DNA of 64,000 bases, taken from contig CBDBFU010000027.1 of NCBI GenBank assembly GCA_965205025.1, positions 70,294 to 134,293 of the forward strand, in the 5' to 3' direction. The stretch comes from Candidatus Poribacteria bacterium. Lineage in GTDB: Bacteria > Poribacteria > WGA-4E > WGA-3G. Shown one piece after another: positions 62,698 through 64,000 of the stretch; the first letter of the stretch is position 1; each line of letters opens with the position of its first letter. The translations under genes and the position numbers were made by a program. The notes beneath the pieces were generated by a model. The model was not told where the DNA came from and did not search any database. It saw nothing but the letters and a program-made list of their open reading frames with translations.

Positions 62698-64000
62698 ATG
62701 GCGCAAATTGATGAGAAACAAATTGAACAAATTGTTTCCCAAGTCCTAACTACACTGCAACAAAACAAAACTGTCACTACACCTTCTCCAGCAATTCCAA
62801 CTGCATCATCTCGTTCAGGGGTTTTCAGTACTGTTGAGGAGGCAATTGCAGCTGCCAAGACCGCACAAAACGATCTCATAAAACTCGGATTTGCCAAACG
62901 ACGCGAAATAATTGATGCGATAAAAAATGCCTCACTTGAAAATGCAAAGAGGCTGGCAGATTTAGCTGTTCAAGAAACAAAAATGGGAAATTCTGAGCAT
63001 AAAGTGATGAAAAATGAAGGCGCGGTTAATCTATCACCTGGTATGGAAGATCTCATTTCAGAGTCTATCTCCGGTGACAATGGTACACTCTTGATTGAAT
63101 ATGTTCCTTTTGGAATTATAAATTCGATTACCCCCACAACAAACCCTACATCAACCGTAATAAATCATGCGATAATTATGATTGCTGCTGGCAATGCAGT
63201 AATATTTAGTCCTCACCCAAACGCACGGGAATGTACTGAAGAGACAATGCACGTAATAAATGAAGCAATTGTGAAAGTTGGTGGTCCTGCTAATCTACTT
63301 ACATCCGTTGCAAATGCTACATTAAGGACAGCCAAAGAGATTATGGATCATGATGACATTGCTATGGTTGTAGCAACTGGTGGTAAGAGCGTTGTAAAAG
63401 CCGCTTTATCAAGTGGTAAAAAAGCAATCGCAGCTGGACCAGGTAATCCTCCCGCAATTATTGATGAGACTGCTGATATTCCAAAGGCAGCAAGACATGT
63501 TATTTCTGGAACAAGCTTCGACAATAACTTATTGTGTATAGGTGAAAAAGCGCTTTTTGTTGTTGAATCAGTTGCGAATGATACAATCCGAGCATTAACA
63601 CAAAATGGTGGACACCTTCTTGATGCAAGTCAACGAGAAGCACTTGAAACTGTAGTCACAGAAAATGGTGAATCAAATAAAGAATACATTGGTAAAGACG
63701 CAAAGACCATATTAGAGGCAGCAGGCATTACAGCACCAGCTAATACTGTTGCAATTGTTGTTGAAGTCCCGGCAGACCATGGATTTGTAATCAATGAATA
63801 CCTTATGCCAATTCTACCAGTAGTTCGTGTTAATGATTTTGATGAAGCCCTTAAAGGTGCTGTTACAGCCGACGGTGGAAGAGGACATACTGCAATGATT
63901 CATACTAATAATACAGCACGAATCACACAATACACTAAAGCTATGAAGTGTAGTGTTGTAGTTGTGAATGCACCTTCGTATGCATCTTGTGGATTAGAAG
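62698..64000 (+). CDS. CoA-acylating aldehyde dehydrogenase (EutE/PduP-like) with an N-terminal encapsulation peptide; runs off the window
   Basis: Translated by hand: MAQIDEKQIEQIVSQVL...GVFSTVEEAI...PTTNP...ATGG...GPGNPP...FDNNLLCIGEK; RBS GGAGG. Confidence 0.92.
   Translation, partial: MAQIDEKQIEQIVSQVLTTLQQNKTVTTPSPAIPTASSRSGVFSTVEEAIAAAKTAQNDLIKLGFAKRREIIDAIKNASLENAKRLADLAVQETKMGNSEHKVMKNEGAVNLSPGMEDLISESISGDNGTLLIEYVPFGIINSITPTTNPTSTVINHAIIMIAAGNAVIFSPHPNARECTEETMHVINEAIVKVGGPANLLTSVANATLRTAKEIMDHDDIAMVVATGGKSVVKAALSSGKKAIAAGPGNPPAIIDETADIPKAARHVISGTSFDNNLLCIGEKALFVVESVANDTIRALTQNGGHLLDASQREALETVVTENGESNKEYIGKDAKTILEAAGITAPANTVAIVVEVPADHGFVINEYLMPILPVVRVNDFDEALKGAVTADGGRGHTAMIHTNNTARITQYTKAMKCSVVVVNAPSYASCGLE

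Overview
Bacterial chromosome segment. It is most likely Candidatus Poribacteria or a relative; this is inferred from secreted proteins ending in dockerin plus a 'LLPNYPNPFNPETWIPY' FlgD/T9SS-like domain, LamG and lamin-tail proteins ending in a 'K-x4-WG-x2-K' tail, PhyH, ThuA and a BMC locus. Housekeeping genes: rplM, rpsI (one-base frameshift), purA, fabV, dnaK behind a sigma54-type promoter, a reverse-strand cluster of divergent citrate synthase, icd and mdh interleaved with PIN-domain genes, and the start of a microcompartment operon. The accessory content is dense. (i) A near-identical direct duplication of at least 3 kb (1-2994 vs 14315-17358) carries a surface-protein 3' end, a REP-flanked tnpA and a truncated Rpn. 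(ii) Three Rpn loci carry six mosaic C-terminal (RpnS-like) cassettes but only one intact nuclease gene. (iii) Two ~1130-aa paralogs have a degenerate Prim-Pol-like N-terminus, a Cys cluster and tandem HTHs, and each sits next to large secreted-protein genes. (iv) Several REP families are invaded by at least four kinds of miniature element. One of these inserts, in all 5 copies seen, at the central base of a 3-nt hairpin loop and duplicates that single base. Several one-base indels in homopolymers suggest long-read consensus errors. No rRNA, tRNA, CRISPR array or reverse transcriptase was seen. All protein calls are from motif recognition by eye, not from database searches.
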